Shown here one piece after another: positions 26,930-41,075 of a DNA stretch of 64,000 nt (position 1 is the stretch's first letter; each line of letters starts with the position of its first letter). The translations under genes were made by a program, and so were the position numbers. This stretch comes from Octopus sinensis (lineage: Eukaryota): assembly GCF_006345805.1 (NCBI RefSeq), contig NC_042999.1, positions 76,942,001-77,006,000 on the forward strand, read 5' to 3'. The notes below the pieces were generated by a model. It had not been told where the DNA came from and did no database searches. It saw nothing but the letters and a program-made list of their open reading frames with translations.

Positions 26930-27260
26930 GACCGTGGAGAGGACTGAGTTTTTGCAGGTCAAGCCGCTACTCTCTGCATTGAGAGATCAAAGATTCGGTG
27001 CTATGGACAATAATACTAGATTGTCGCAGGAAACAATTGCAAGACGGATTCTTCGAGCCGAGCCAACCGAAAGGAAACTTAAGGGTAGAGTAACAATGAA
27101 ATGGTTGGACAATAACCAGAGTTTCAGTTGGTTACGCTTGGCAATCCAGCCGGAGAATTTAATGACGGTTGCTTCTGCTAGTACCGCATGGAAGCGGTAC
27201 CTGATAATTATATCCCCACGACCAAGAATAGTGGGTGGAGATGACGGATTGATGAATGAT
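26930..27260 (+). mobile_element. 3' end of an RTE-clade LINE
   Basis: QETIARRILRAEPTERKLKGRVTMKWLDNNQSFSWLRLAIQPENLMTVASASTAWKRYLIIISPRP matches the RTE ORF2 C-terminal pattern; a GAT-rich tail follows. Confidence 0.75.
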
Positions 27261-27964
27261 TACTGCATTAAATATAACACTAATTCCTCTATTATCATCT
27301 ATGGTGATGTTGTTTCCCAGTCTTCGAATAATACCACATAATAAACGACTACGTCTGGAAACTGAAACCTGAGCAGTTTCGTTATCACAGCTATAAATTA
27401 CGAACAGAATTGTTTATATCAATATATAGAGAAAAAGATAGCAAGGAGGGAGAAAGAGAGGAAAAGAGGGAAGTAACTGATGTATAAACATCGAAAAATA
27501 AATATATCCACGGTATCTTAATTACGTAATTATGAAATTAATGATGTTTATGCTAATGAAACAGTTTCTGAGCATAATTGAATTATGAACTACTGTATAT
27601 GTGTATATGAAACTTACGCGCTTCTGCGTTTCTGCTTTTTAATTTAGATATATCTTTTATCTTTTATCTTTTACTTGTTTCACTCATTTGACTGTGGCCA
27701 TGCTGGAGCACCGTTTTGAAGGGTTTTAGTCGAACAAATCGACCCCAGGGCTTAATTTTTTTCAGCCTAAAAATATTCATAGGCTGAAAAATTCATAGCC
27801 TAAGAAAAATTCATAAGCTGAAACAGTCATAGGCTGACTATAAAGGAGTGACACTAGGGCTGTGAAATCTTGCGTGTATTAATTTCAGGAAGGAAGGAAC
27901 GAACGAACGAACGAACGAACGAACGAACGAAGAACGAACGAACGAACGAACGAACGAACGAAGG

Positions 27965-28665
27965 TATATAGCGTGGTATCGTCGCATTGACCATGACAGA
28001 GAAAGTTGTGATTTCGATACCTGCTCAGAGGCCAGTGCAAAGTTGCAGAAACTGCATGGAGAGGAGTGAATCAGCTGCACACAAGTGTACGAGTGGTTCA
28101 GACGTTTCCAATATGGCCGAAAAAAGGTAAATATTGACGAACGTTGTGGGAGACTCGCAACCAACAGAACTGAGAAAAACATTGCAGATGTGCGTGCAGC
28201 TCTGAGGGGAAATCGACGAATCCCCATCCATGAGTTATCAGAGGTTCAGTTCAGCCCATTATCACTGAAGATTTGAGTATAAGACGTGTATCTGCCAAGT
28301 TTGTGCTAAAACTGCTTTCAGCTGACCAAAACGACACTCGGATTTCAGTTGCACAAATCTCCTTGATTGTGTCAAGAACGACGAAAACTTTTTGAAAATT
28401 TTGAGTAGGCCACTGAGCAGGTATCGCCAGACTTTTGGCAAAATTTGATGCAGATTCTCTGCTCAACTTTCTCTGTTATTGTCAATGCGACGATCACAAG
28501 CTATACACCTTCCTTCCAGCTGAAATGAGCTACAATGTTAAAACTTAGTGCGCATGCAGAACAGAGTTTAAAGTCAATCTGTCAATCTGTGCCAAGCGAC
28601 TTCACTCTACGTGCTTTAGCTTCATTATTATGGCAACAGTCCGGATACTTATTGATCAGACCATG
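27965..28665 (+). mobile_element. Mariner remnant (N-terminal HTH region) with right TIR
   Basis: VYEWFRRFQYGRKKVNIDERCGR...RRIPIHELSE...IITEDLSIRRVSAKFVLKLLSADQ; right end AGTCCGGATACTTATTGATCAGACCATG|TA. Confidence 0.8.
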
Positions 28666-28679
28666 TATGTCTATGTATT

Positions 28680-28900
28680 AAATATATAATTATATAGACA
28701 TAATTATAATTTAGGCACTGGAGAAACAGCACTTATATGCTACAGATAGATGTCAAACGACTATAAACCACTTTGAATTTGCACTCTATTAGTAAATTAT
28801 GTTCAATGCGAAGAAAATGGATAAAAAAAGATTTCGTAAAATTATTGTGGTTAACCCTAGTGCCCTTAACTATAATTATATCTATATAATTATGTATTTA
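28680..28900. repeat. ~42-bp inverted repeat flanking ~135 bp (MITE-like)
   Basis: The left arm AAATATATAATTATATAGACATAATTATAATTTAGGCACTGG matches the reverse complement of 28857-28900 with few mismatches. Confidence 0.6.
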
Positions 28901-30118
28901 AATATTTATTTTACCTACATGACTTTTGTTATATGATTGCTACTGATAAAATCATCAATTTTTAATGATTTTATCTTTAATTATGTATATATGGTGGTGC
29001 TTCAGTATAGCCGCAGCCTCAAGGCTGAAGCATAAAAGAATAAAAGAATATGTGTGTGTGTGAGTGTGTGTATGTGTGTGTGTATTATGAATTTGTAATA
29101 TTTATTTTATTATTTTATTCATATATTTCTCATATTGTAATGAAACACGTGTAACACAAAATTGAAATGGTAGCAAATATCCCAATCTTTCTTTTAATAC
29201 ATAGTTTCTCTGCAAATGTTATTATTTACATGGAATCTCAACATGTATGTCTGATTTTCTCATTTAAAATAGAAATCTACATACATAGATTTGGTAACTG
29301 GAATGCGTAGATTATAATCTCTTTGATACACTATATTCTGTATATATCTATCACCATCTATCTATATATGTGTGTATGTATACATGTAACCACGTGTGTA
29401 TCGCTGGCGATTTTCTTCTTCCGTCTTGCCTCCTTTTGGACTTCCTTCAATTTCTGAAGAAGAGCTTAGCTCGAAACATAAAGTCCTCTTTCTTTCCTTT
29501 CCTGAGCGTCTGATAATGCAGTACTTGTACCACGTCCTCGCGTTGTTGTTTTTTCTTGTTTGTTCTTCGTTGTTTGGATTCCCTATATACATACATACAT
29601 ACATACATGCATACATACATACATACATACACACATACAAATACACACACACACATACACACACACGTGCACACACACACACACGCGCGCACACACACAC
29701 ACATTCACTTATATATATTTATTTATATATATATATAATAACAAGAGAAGAATGGATTTGGTATTACCTTTATTCCGCGGTTTACAATTGTTTCAATAAC
29801 GTATGAGTGACAAATCAAATGATATGCTTGAAGATATGGAAGTGAGCAATGATACTGTCATGTCGATTATATAATAATGATTATATAACGAGAGACTCAT
29901 ATTCATCTACTCGTAACCCTTGTGAGCAAATGAATATTTATTTGTTCACAAGTTATGGCAGCAACATTGCTCTCTTCCTTGTCTTCAAGTATATCATGTG
30001 ATCTGTCATCCATACGTTATTGAAACAATTGTAAACTTGTAGCTATAATAGATAGAGAGAGGTGAGAGGGGATAAAGGGGGAGGAGGGAGAGAGATGCAT
30101 CCATACACATATATATTC

Positions 30119-30166
<48 letters not shown>

Positions 30167-31934
30167 CATACACACATGCATATACCCACACGCGCGCACG
30201 CACGCATACACACACACATGTATATATATCTAACTTGAAGCTATGACAGATGGAGCCAAGACAACAGAGAAATCATTGCTTACCACATGCATATCATAAT
30301 CATGTCTTTAATCTTCTTTTCGAGCATAATCTAGATTTTTACCTCCGTATATTACCTACTGCAATGTGTGTGTATGTGTTGCAGGGAGGTAGGTCGGTAG
30401 ATTGGTTGAAAGGTATGTATGTATGTATGTATGTATGTATGTATTTATGTATATATGTATGTATGCAAGTAAGTAGGTAGGTAGGTAGGTAGGTAGGTAG
30501 GAAGGTATGTATGTATGTATGTATGTAGGTAGGTAGGTAGGTAGGTAGGTAGGTAGGTAGGTAGGTAGGTAGGTAGGTAGGTAGGTAGGTAGGTTGGTAG
30601 GTAGACGAGGAGCCACTAAACCCTGTATTTATATAGATTAACCATGAGTTATTGTTGATTTGGTATATCGTGATAAATGCAATTAAAATCTGCCTATATA
30701 GCTTCAAATCAACGCGGTATTGTAAGACGTTGGCCTATACTGTGCTCACACAGGTCACAAGAGTTTGACACATGTATTCCACGGTGTCTATTTACAGTTT
30801 GTGTGTAGTGATCTATTTGGGCGTAAAATATGACAATGCAAACAGTGCATTACTTTAGTTGAAATGCAATCCCTCAGACCTTTGGGCGCTTGTTTGAGAT
30901 ATTTTCAACTTTGTCATTTGCAACACTCTGTTACAGCCAGCACCAGTAAAATAAATTGTCAAATTATTGACCTTCCGTGAATATAAAGATCCATATGTGA
31001 GCTATCAGATTCTATAGACTTCATATAGAGGTAGAAATGCTATTTGTAATTAAATATATATCGCAATAGCGATAATAGTGCAGTCATAACAAGTCTGCTG
31101 TGAGCTTTCAGTTCATGCAAACCCCACACTGCATTGCATTATGTTACAGATATCAAATTTATGGTACAAAGGCGTAGTTTTTAGGGAGGGAAAGAACAAT
31201 TGACTAAATCGCCCCTAAAGCGTGACTGGTACTTATTTTATCAAATCCGGAAGATCATAGTTATACTACCGGCAAGTAATTCTTATGACCTTACTTAAGT
31301 GAGGATTTGAATCCCTAAATGGAAACTAGCGTCATTTACAACAGTGCTTACTACAAAGCTTACAGTAATGGCCTGTGTACTACCTTGTGGTATCCACTCA
31401 CATACAGCACGGTGAACTAAATCTTCGAGAGCTGAGCGTTGGATCTCCGATTTCTTATTATGGCGGTGGATAGGGAGATTTAGTTGCAGACGTTTTATGA
31501 CCTGATTTTGAGGTTGACTTTGCCTTTTATCCGTCCGACTTCAATAAAATAAAGAACCTGTCTAGTACTGGGAACGATTCATATCCCTATAAAGTTTTGT
31601 AGATAGGAATAGAATTATAATGGTTTCAAATTTTGGCACAAGGTCAGCAAAAGTGAAGGAGGGGGTAAGTTGATTACGTCAACACCAGTATTCAACTAGT
31701 ACTTATTTTATCGACCCAGAAAGGATGAAAGACAAAGTTGAGCTTCGTAGAATTTGAATCTAAAAGGTAAAGAACCAGAAGAAATTCTATTAATTTATTA
31801 CTAGAGACTTGATTACTATTCTACCAACTCACTGAAGTTATTGTGAATGGAATCGAAGAAAAGAATTGTTAATAGAATAGAAGAACGCTGACGCCTTAGC
31901 CATCTGCAGCTCAACATAATATTCCGTTTATAAT

Positions 31935-32230
31935 ATCACAAAAGCGAGTGAAGGATGGTGTAACCAGATGAAGTATGGAAGAATGTGCAGAGTCCATGAT
32001 CCATGGAGACCCTCTATGACTGGTGAGATTGATGTTGTTGATGTTCTGCTTAAACTATTACAGATTAACACCAGCAAAAGAGACATGATTAGTGAGGAGA
32101 TATTAGTGAGGAGGAAGAAGGAATCGGGATAGTTGTTAGTGCGGGAAGAATAACAGAAAGAGAGATGTGTGGTTCGGGGATGCCTTGTGATGATGATACG
32201 ATACCAACCAGATCCGATGAGCAGAGGACA
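31935..32230 (-). mobile_element. 3' fragment of a CR1-group LINE
   Basis: The minus strand reads RTNNYPDSFFLLTNISSL...FKQNINNINLT, similar to the end of the 18700-21960 element. Confidence 0.55.
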
Positions 32231-35200
32231 ACATGAAGTATGGTATAACAAGTGAAATGATAAAGCGATATTTGGTTATGACCTTCTGTGTTCGGAGTTC
32301 AAATCACACTAAAGTCGAGTTTTCTTTGCATTTTTCCATGGTCAATAAACTAAAATCCATTAATCGACCACCCTCCTTCCATAAAATTACTGCCATTGTG
32401 CCTATGCTCGAATCATTTTATCAAAAATACGGAAAAACATCTTCAGCGTATATTACAGACTGTATTACACCATAATCTATGTTAATTATCGAAATATACA
32501 AAGTTATACTAGAGTCAAAGCACATTTACAATATTGCACAAGTTTTGGTTTTATTTTTACTTGTCTTTTTGTTTTATTATTACTATTACTTTTTTTTTTT
32601 TCATTTGTTCGTTTCGATTATATTACGATGCTGAAATCATGTACAAACAGAAGAACATTTGCTTTTGGTATCATTAAAAATATTCGTTTGATGCTGATGT
32701 TGATGTTAACCAAAACGAAAGCAAAAGTTCAAATCTTTTTCTTTGTGATGATGTTGGTTTACATTCGAAGCTTTAACTTTATAGCAATATATGCGTCGCA
32801 TTCATAAGTCAGTTCCATAAATAAAGTGTCAACATCGCCTTGAAGATTTCTTTGATGTCTCACTCGACAGCGTCTATAATATTTCAGACAAGCTACAAAG
32901 GATTAACAGATCTATATTTATTCACCTTTCTTTTGAGATCGATCGTTCAGACAGATGTGCTCACACACACATACACACACCCAAACACACACACACACAC
33001 ACACAAACATGCACGCACGCACACACATACACACACACACACATAATTACGCACGCATGCGCACACGCAGACACACACACACACATGCACAGACATATAT
33101 GGATAGATCTACATGCACATATGCTTACATACACGTTCACGCATAGATACATACACGATATATATATATATGTGTGTGTGTGTATGCCTGTGAGCATGTA
33201 TACATACATCTGTATACACCTCTAGACATAAGTAGCATACATAGAAAGGAAATGAATAATTAATGGTAACACAACAGAAATATATATTTATAAATACATT
33301 AAATCATATATATATGTGTGTGTGTGTGTGCACAGATACACACACACGCATACATGCTTATACAAGATACATAAATAAACACGTGAAAGTATATAGATAA
33401 CAGGTAGATATATAATATTTGCATGTGTGTATGTGTGCATACATAAATTAGTTTATACACAATCGAACAAAAACGGTCTGTTAAAGTGTAAACTAGTAAA
33501 AACAACCTGTCATTTGTCAACGATTGCTAAATTAGAAAACCAAAATATATAATATTGTGGCAAAAAAAGAAGTAGGTGTGGGGGTACCCTTTATCAATTA
33601 TGTTTTGCTACAGCTCATCTGTTTGATGGAGCTGCAACACTGGATCAATTAAAGACTAAAACTAAGAACCTGGCATCTGGAATGCTATCAGACACCTATA
33701 GCCCTCTACCAGCCAGGCAATAAAGCTATAGGTACTTAAACGTAGCTTCTTTATATGAGTCAAGAGGCGAAGAAGAGTGACACAAGTTGATCTGCTCTGA
33801 AGGACTTTCAAACTGGAATTCCTAGGAACAGCAGGGTTACCGGTGGTTTCATGGCTGGTTCGAGATGAAATCTATAGGCATGGAAGAACCGTCAGCTGAA
33901 AAGCAAGTCTAAGAGACGAAACTACTCTCTACGCACTCATTTAGTATCCGGGCATCGAAGACATAAAGACATTTACCAAAAAGTTGTTGCTTCGTATAGG
34001 GTAGATCCGACTGTTGCGTAAGTACATCGTGATGATTACCATTTGGCTTTTCTTTCACCGAGAAAGGCAGGCAGTTTTCTTGTTTTTGTTTTTTTTTCAA
34101 CTATGGCGAAAACATATGTATGGCAGACGTGCCTGAACGAACTTGGGACATTATTTTCCCTTCGGTCAATCATTCTAGTGTTTTCAAGGTCCATATAGAG
34201 GAGATGGTGGGTTGAAGTGAAAGGCGCTACTCTCCAATAAATTTATTCAAAGATGGGAGAATAATATTAGACATAGCCCGAGGGAATGGGCCTACTTTGA
34301 GTACGTTTCTATGGCCCAAAAGGTACAACTGAAAGGGCATATACTCTTAGGAGCCAAGGGAATCCTGGACAATTAGAGTTTCTTGATTGGTTCAAGATGG
34401 TTTTTCCCTGATATTGGAGATTTTTTCTAAGTTTTTATCTTATTTGTTGTTGTTACTTTCTTTTTAACTTGATGTAAACTGTTGTTCTATCATGTCCTTG
34501 TATGTTCCCTCAAATACTGCTCCACCACTAAATCAAAAATTACCTTGTGCCTTCTCAAAAAAAATAAAAAACAGAATTAGAACACATTCTCTGAAACTGA
34601 ATATCTTCTCCTAAACCTATTAACTAATTTTCAGATCAAAAAATAATGTAGTGTGTCTTTTACACCTCTACAAAGTTAACTAATAAATTCAAACTTCAGG
34701 TCACATAGTAACCAAACTTCAAGACTTGTGAGAATTAATGAGGTCTAAATAGATTATTGTTGATTTTTTGTTATTTATTTGTCTTGTACCTGTTTTTATA
34801 AAATATAATTTTAATTAAAAGCCTCATCGGATAATTGCTTCTCAATAATTCACTCATGTTTAATGATATACACACGGATCACCAGCACGTTTTACTTCAT
34901 AAACTGCTCTTGTATCTCTGGACAAATCTAAAAGCAGAGATGACAGACTCATAACAAATCATATCCAATTATGAAACAGAAAACCATGGTTAGTTGTTTT
35001 AGCTATTTGTTTACCTTAACGGTAACTAATTAACGCAAGTGTGCACTATTTATGGCCTCGGATGAAAGCATCGTTGGAGATCATCACAAATTGTGTTTAG
35101 TAATGAATTCCTAACCAAGACTTTAGCGATAAAAACCGTTGCTCGGCGATATATTTGTACCTGAATTACTGTTTTGACAAGAAAACAAAAGCAATAATAC

Positions 35201-36455
35201 ACTCAGTGGTAAACCTAATTTGTCTCATATATATACACACACCACAATCTAGCTCCCGGTACCTTTTTTTGCATTCATTCGGACTAGGCCTCCAATCTGG
35301 TATCTTGGTGGGCAACTTCCTGCAGCAGAAACCCAAGTGAAGCATTTGTTCTCTCTTCCCTCCGTCTCCATATCCATGGAGATATTGTAACTTTGCACTT
35401 ACTCTTTTGACTAAGCTATAGAAAAAAAAGTCGAGGAGGAACACTGCAAAATATGTATGGTGGACGCGCCTCAACGAACTTGGGACATTATTTTCCCTTC
35501 GGCCAAGCACTCTAGTGTTTTCAAGGTCCATATAGCGATGGTGGATTGAAGTGAAAGACGCTACTCTCCAATAGATTTATTCAAAGATGGGAGAATAATA
35601 TCAGACATAGCCCGAGAGAAGGTTATGTCGGACTGAGACAGTTCAATTCTTTTCCGAACTACTAAGTACAACTAAATTGCACTACAGCAAGGTTTAAGAT
35701 ATGCTAAATGGTTATTGAGCGAAATACAGATTGAAACTTTGAACACGTTTGTCGTAAGCATATGCTTGCACTTCAGCGTTTGTGAATACATAATATCAAT
35801 TTAACATACATTTGTTGACACCAGCGTGTGTATGACAGTGCATGCAAGGGTGTATTTTCCTGTATAGTATGAAAGTCATTATATAAAAATGCTAAAACTC
35901 CGCGTTGTGTGTATCCATAAACAAACACACACATACACGTACAAAGTCGAAAGTAAATCGAAAATTTAACTTGTTAATTCATTGACAATACTCACACACA
36001 CACACACGCACGCATACCAGCACACAAGGAAAAATCATTAAACATTTCTTGGATGTTTAACAGATAACACCAATGGTTAAATGTGCAAAATGTTCGATTA
36101 CTAAGTAAATATTTATAACCAGAATTAATTTATCATTTCGCGATATTTATTGTAAATATTTAGCCATGCTGTTTGTATACCATGCATACTTGTTTATATG
36201 TATACTTGGTTATATTAGCGAATACATTCATTAAGTAACTTCTAGCATTTCAAGGTTATATTGATTTCTGTTCACTCGATGCAATATTGCAAAACCATTA
36301 CGCAGAGTGGGTGTGAATAAGGATTACATGACGTCCAATTACTTTCTTTAACGTATAATTAAAATGGTATTGATACAGGAATCGAAACCTGTACATGTAT
36401 TCTGATTTTCGGAGGATTATCCTTTGCACTCTTTATTACTTTCTCTCTCTCTCCA

Positions 36456-36528
<73 letters not shown>

Positions 36529-36995
36529 CTCTCATTAGCTGTCTTATTACACCAGTACCAAGTTAATTTCAGTCTTCGTCTGCCCTGTGCTGTGTGACCA
36601 GCTGTACCATCTATAAACATTCAGCTAGGAACCTTAAAAATAGCACACAAACATATTATATACAAAGAAATGTATTACCTGAATATGACACCTCTTTTAC
36701 ACCTCTGTTGTCATGTTTGACTCGAACCATAAGCAATATCAAAATTCCCATTTTAAACTAAAATAAATCTCGTCACCATGCCTTCCTATCAACCCACACC
36801 CTACAAATACATACTTTCCTACTATCTTCCTCTATTCCCCTACCCCATCCCACACAAATACTTCCTCTGTCTACCTACACCTGTTTTAAAGACTATATAA
36901 AGTCAGAAGGAACCAAAGTAAATCACAGTCTGATGACACCGAATCAGCAGAAACTTTGAAGTCCTTTTCGACTATTTATCTGTTAAATTGTGTGT

Positions 36996-37034
<39 letters not shown>

Positions 37035-37479
37035 TGTGTGTGTGTGTGTGTGTATTTTTCATTAGTTGAGCATTAACTCTATTGTTACTCGGATGGCACA
37101 AGAGATATATGTATTCAACCAAATAATGTATTGTGAACACGCCGTATTCACAATGTCTTATGTAGGCAATTTCATTAGTCAGAACAGTTACATGTTGCAA
37201 ACTGGAAATGGCAATTGTATTTTCAACGTTATATATCTTAAAATTAGAAGCAATGAGACAACAACACTGGAAAGGCTGCATCATCGTTATTAAATAGCTT
37301 TGTGGTATTGAAAACAAACCATCTTACAGATTTCCCTAATTTAATATTGTAGATATTTATTCATCAATCTCTAAATCCTTTCTCGTGGAACCCTTGGATT
37401 TCGGAGGAGGATTTAATAAAATTAGCAATCTAAATATTAGGATAATAATATACGATACGAAGCCACTGTCATAGTACAA

Positions 37480-38320
37480 AGATTCCTGCTGAGCGAAAAA
37501 CATGACTCTTGTTCAACGTTTTCATGGGACAGCTATGATGTAGCTGAGATTGCAGATTTCGGGGGCTGTTTATCTTTGATATCCTCAGAAAGCTCAACCA
37601 TTTCATTCCCCCTTATCTCCAAACTGTATCGGGATGACGGTTTAGCAATCTCATGCAATAGGACTGGCCACATTATAAACAAATTTAAAAAGAGTCTTTA
37701 TAGGAATGTTTAAGGAGCATATTTAAACGCAATACTTAACCAACTTTGTAAAGATAACACTAAATTTATATGCAAGCAAACACTACTTTTACAGTAACAA
37801 CTAGAAGTGTCTTGAACGAGAAGATAATGTGCGTAGAGACCATTCTACCTCCTCGAAATCAGACTAGAACAAGGGAGGTGAAAGTGGTCTGGATTAATTA
37901 ATCATATAATTCAGTTGTTCCTGTATACAGCCAGGAAATTTTTAACTGTAGTAAATGAACACTTGTCATCGATATGCAAGTACAATAGATTTTCCATTGC
38001 TCATAATGCTGACGGCATCTATTCCCTCCAGGATAACATTACTTCACAGACCGCACAGAATAACCTAAAACATAAAACAATACATTCTTCACCAAATCCC
38101 TATACCAGCCCACTCAGTTATCTTTCCAAAACAGTGATATGTCAAGAATCTTCAATATCTCCAGGAAGGTATCAAAAAAAGATTATTTCGAGCTCACTTC
38201 GAATAGTTTTAAAGGAAATTATATCAGCATATATATTCATTTAGGTCAAGGAACCGAGAAAACTCTATCTTTCTATCTCATTTCGTCTTAAAGTTCAGGC
38301 ACCGAGGATTTGAATGAGTC
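37480..38320 (+). mobile_element. Degenerate Penelope-like element (RT + GIY-YIG region)
   Basis: DSYDVAEIAD..LFIFDILRKL...KLYRDDGLAISCNRTG...KFKKSL (PLE RT MGSYDGAE/YRDDGL motif); later TVICQ...DYFELTSNSFKGNY (GIY-YIG-like). Frameshifted. Confidence 0.7.
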
Positions 38321-38629
38321 TCAAAATGGAGATTCATTGATGAATCCACTCCATATTTCACTGGATTACTGAACAGCTATATTTGTTAACTAAGAAGTTG
38401 CAGATATTAAAGTAGTCAAGAGTTGTAATATTATCAAATTTCCGTCCTCTGAGTATGTTCTTCAAGTAGAGCTATCAAGTGCTTAAACATCCGAAGCCTA
38501 TTAACTCAAAGTCATAGCACTCAAACCTAACGAACATCTCGGGCTCACATTAGTTACTCTTCCGTTATCATAAGACTGAATTCTGTAGTCTCTATTATTA
38601 CTCTGTACACCAAAGCAGTTTCGCCAGCT

Positions 38630-39882
38630 ATACTCTTAACCTCTGGACACAGACATGACAGCAGTAAATAGACACTCCATAAAACATCGTTTTATGTTTA
38701 TTCTAGCTCGTAATGGTTTATATCTTTTATTAATTAACATTTTTATGCTTCAGATTCTATATGTGACTGTTTAATTATTTCATGTACAAAAGAAGCCTTC
38801 GAACTATCTGAATTTCAAAGAGGCCGTACTGGGTCATTCTGAAGGTAGACATAGCGTAAAATCGCAGAAAACCTTAGGATCCCGCTTTCTACAATTTGTA
38901 GTGATTGTGCAATTCACGAGAGAAGAGAAGGAGTCCACATAACCTCGCCCAGATCAACCAGGGCCCTTTGACAGGACCCTACACTTGGTTAAGAGAAGCG
39001 TGGAGGATAATCCTCATTGCAAGGCCTCTGACATAGCAGAACAAGTTGATGTCAGTCCCAGAACAGCTGTCAAATATCTCCACAAACTCGGTTACTATGG
39101 CAGAGCAGCAAGAAGGAAGCCACTTCTTCGACCAGCCAACATCAAGTGGAGAAAAGATTGGACCATTCAGATGATGGAGTGGCCGCTCGCATTTTGGGAC
39201 ACTGTCATATTCTCTGATGAATCCAGATTTGCTCTGTTTACTGACAGTGGTCGAATGTGGGTCTGGAGACTGTGATCAAGAATTTGATGCGAAAAGATTA
39301 CAGCCAACAATAAAATACGGCAGCTATTCTGTGATGGTCTGGGGAGCAATTTGGAGCACTAGTTGATCAGAGCTGGTGGAGTGTGGTGGAAACACAAACT
39401 CAGATAAATATGAGTCCATATTGCTGAAATGATTCCTTTCAATCTTCTCCAGTGTTGAAATGATTAAAGATTCTTTATTTATGGAAGATGGGGCTCCTTG
39501 TCACAAGGCTAAAATGACACGAGATTTGTTGATAAGAATGGCATTAAAAAGCTTCCATGACCAAGCCAGTTAGCAGATATGAACCCTATTGAACACCTCT
39601 GGGACATAATGGACAAGAAATTTCATAAAAAGAACAAGAAAGCATCTTCACAGCCATATCTTTTGGGATTACCGCACGAAACTTAGCAAGAAATTCTGCA
39701 AGAGAATATTCATCATCTGACCATTGCATTGAAAAATGCAAAGGGCATGTCTACTAAATATTAAATATTCATATTTTAACTATTAATAAAACATTTGAAT
39801 GTATAATTTCAGATTTAAATAAATTTTGATGATTATAAAAATGTTTATTTACTTCTGTCATTTCTGTGTATATTCGAGCACA
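38630..39882 (+). mobile_element. Tc1 transposon with a decayed DDE transposase
   Basis: ELSEFQRGR; [10 protein letters not shown]; [12 protein letters not shown]; VMVWGAI; FMEDGAPCH; DMNPIEHLWD. Degenerate TIRs ACACAGACATGACAGCAGTAAATAGACAC and reverse complement ACACAGAAATGACAGAAGTAAATAAACAT. Confidence 0.9.
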
Positions 39883-40044
39883 TAATTCAACTTCAACCAA
39901 TAAGAATCAATCTTCGTACGTTGCAGATAGCATTATTCATTATTGACTAATTACACGTATACTTTACGTGTGGGAAAATCCGAGTAACAATAGAGCAACT
40001 CACCCAAAAATTGTTAGTAAATAAGAACTCTATACCATGTGTCC

Positions 40045-40460
40045 AGTGATTTTCACTCATGCTTGTAAACACGAGTCAAACGGTTTTCTTGTGTCTTTTC
40101 AGACGTGAATTGGCCTATCCTCGGTACATACGACTTGTGTAGAATGTCCTCGTGTACGGTTCTGATAGTCCATTCCCACAAGTAAAGTTCTTTGGTGATG
40201 ACTCTCATTGATTTTTCAGGGTCATCATTGATAATGTTTGAAACCTGCTGGATGAATAGCAGTGCCCTTATAATGTCCAAACGTTTAATTGTTTTCTTTT
40301 GTTTTCTCTTTCTCTTTGATACAGTTGAAACATTCCCGGCTGCAGCTACAGACTTGACAATTTCTAAATCGTTGTGTTCTGCACACACTGTATCAATGAC
40401 TACATGCTTCTCATTTTTTATGTTAACATTTCATCAGCTATGGTGGATATGAAAGAAGTG
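40045..40460 (-). mobile_element. Tc1/mariner superfamily (maT/DD37D-like) transposase N-terminal fragment
   Basis: FIQQVSNIINDDPEKSMRVITKEL...TIRTVHEDILHKSYVPRIGQFTSEKTQENRLTR; subfamily assignment is from recall. Confidence 0.55.
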
Positions 40461-40514
40461 AAAACATTTTAATTGGTTTGAAAGCGTCTGACAAGATTGA
40501 TCATGGAGTCATCT

Positions 40515-41075
40515 GTCATAAGTTAAGGGATTTTGATATCACAGAAGAACTCGGGGAATGACCCTTTGACATCCTACGAGATAGGAGTCAATATGTTGCA
40601 GCAAATGGTTTTCTCTCTGATAAGCCATCTGTAATAAGTGCTATAAGTCAGGGCACTGTTCTAGGAACATTATTATTTATCATCACCTTATCAGGCGCAG
40701 ATCACAAGTGCACTCGGCCAGCCTAACAAGTTACACCGATGACACAAAAATATCGAAATGTCTATCCAAATTTCTGAACATACCGTCACACTCCAAAATG
40801 AGGTAAACTTCATTTATCAATAGGCAGATAAAAACAATATGAAATTTAATATATCAAAATTTTAAGGTCTTCATAATGGAGGGAATACACACAAATCACA
40901 ATATTTGACACCAGATAACACAATAACATGGCAAATGCTACATCTTTCTTCAGCCACATCACCAAACACACCTCTGTCTAAATGCAGACATCTCATGGGA
41001 TGGATCCTACGAGCCTTCGTGACAAAAGAACCGGCCCTACCGCTATAAGTATTAAAAGAATACAAGGATATATTG
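40515..41075 (+). mobile_element. CR1/L2-type RT fragment
   Basis: HKLRDFDIT...LRDRSQYVAANG...SQGTVLGTLLFII...SYTDDTKI...LQNEVNFIYQ*ADKNNMKFN...GWILRAF. Confidence 0.8.

Noticed and set aside
33640-33920. Possible RTE endonuclease remnant
   Set aside because: Only faint motif similarity (RTW, RHG); too degraded to support.
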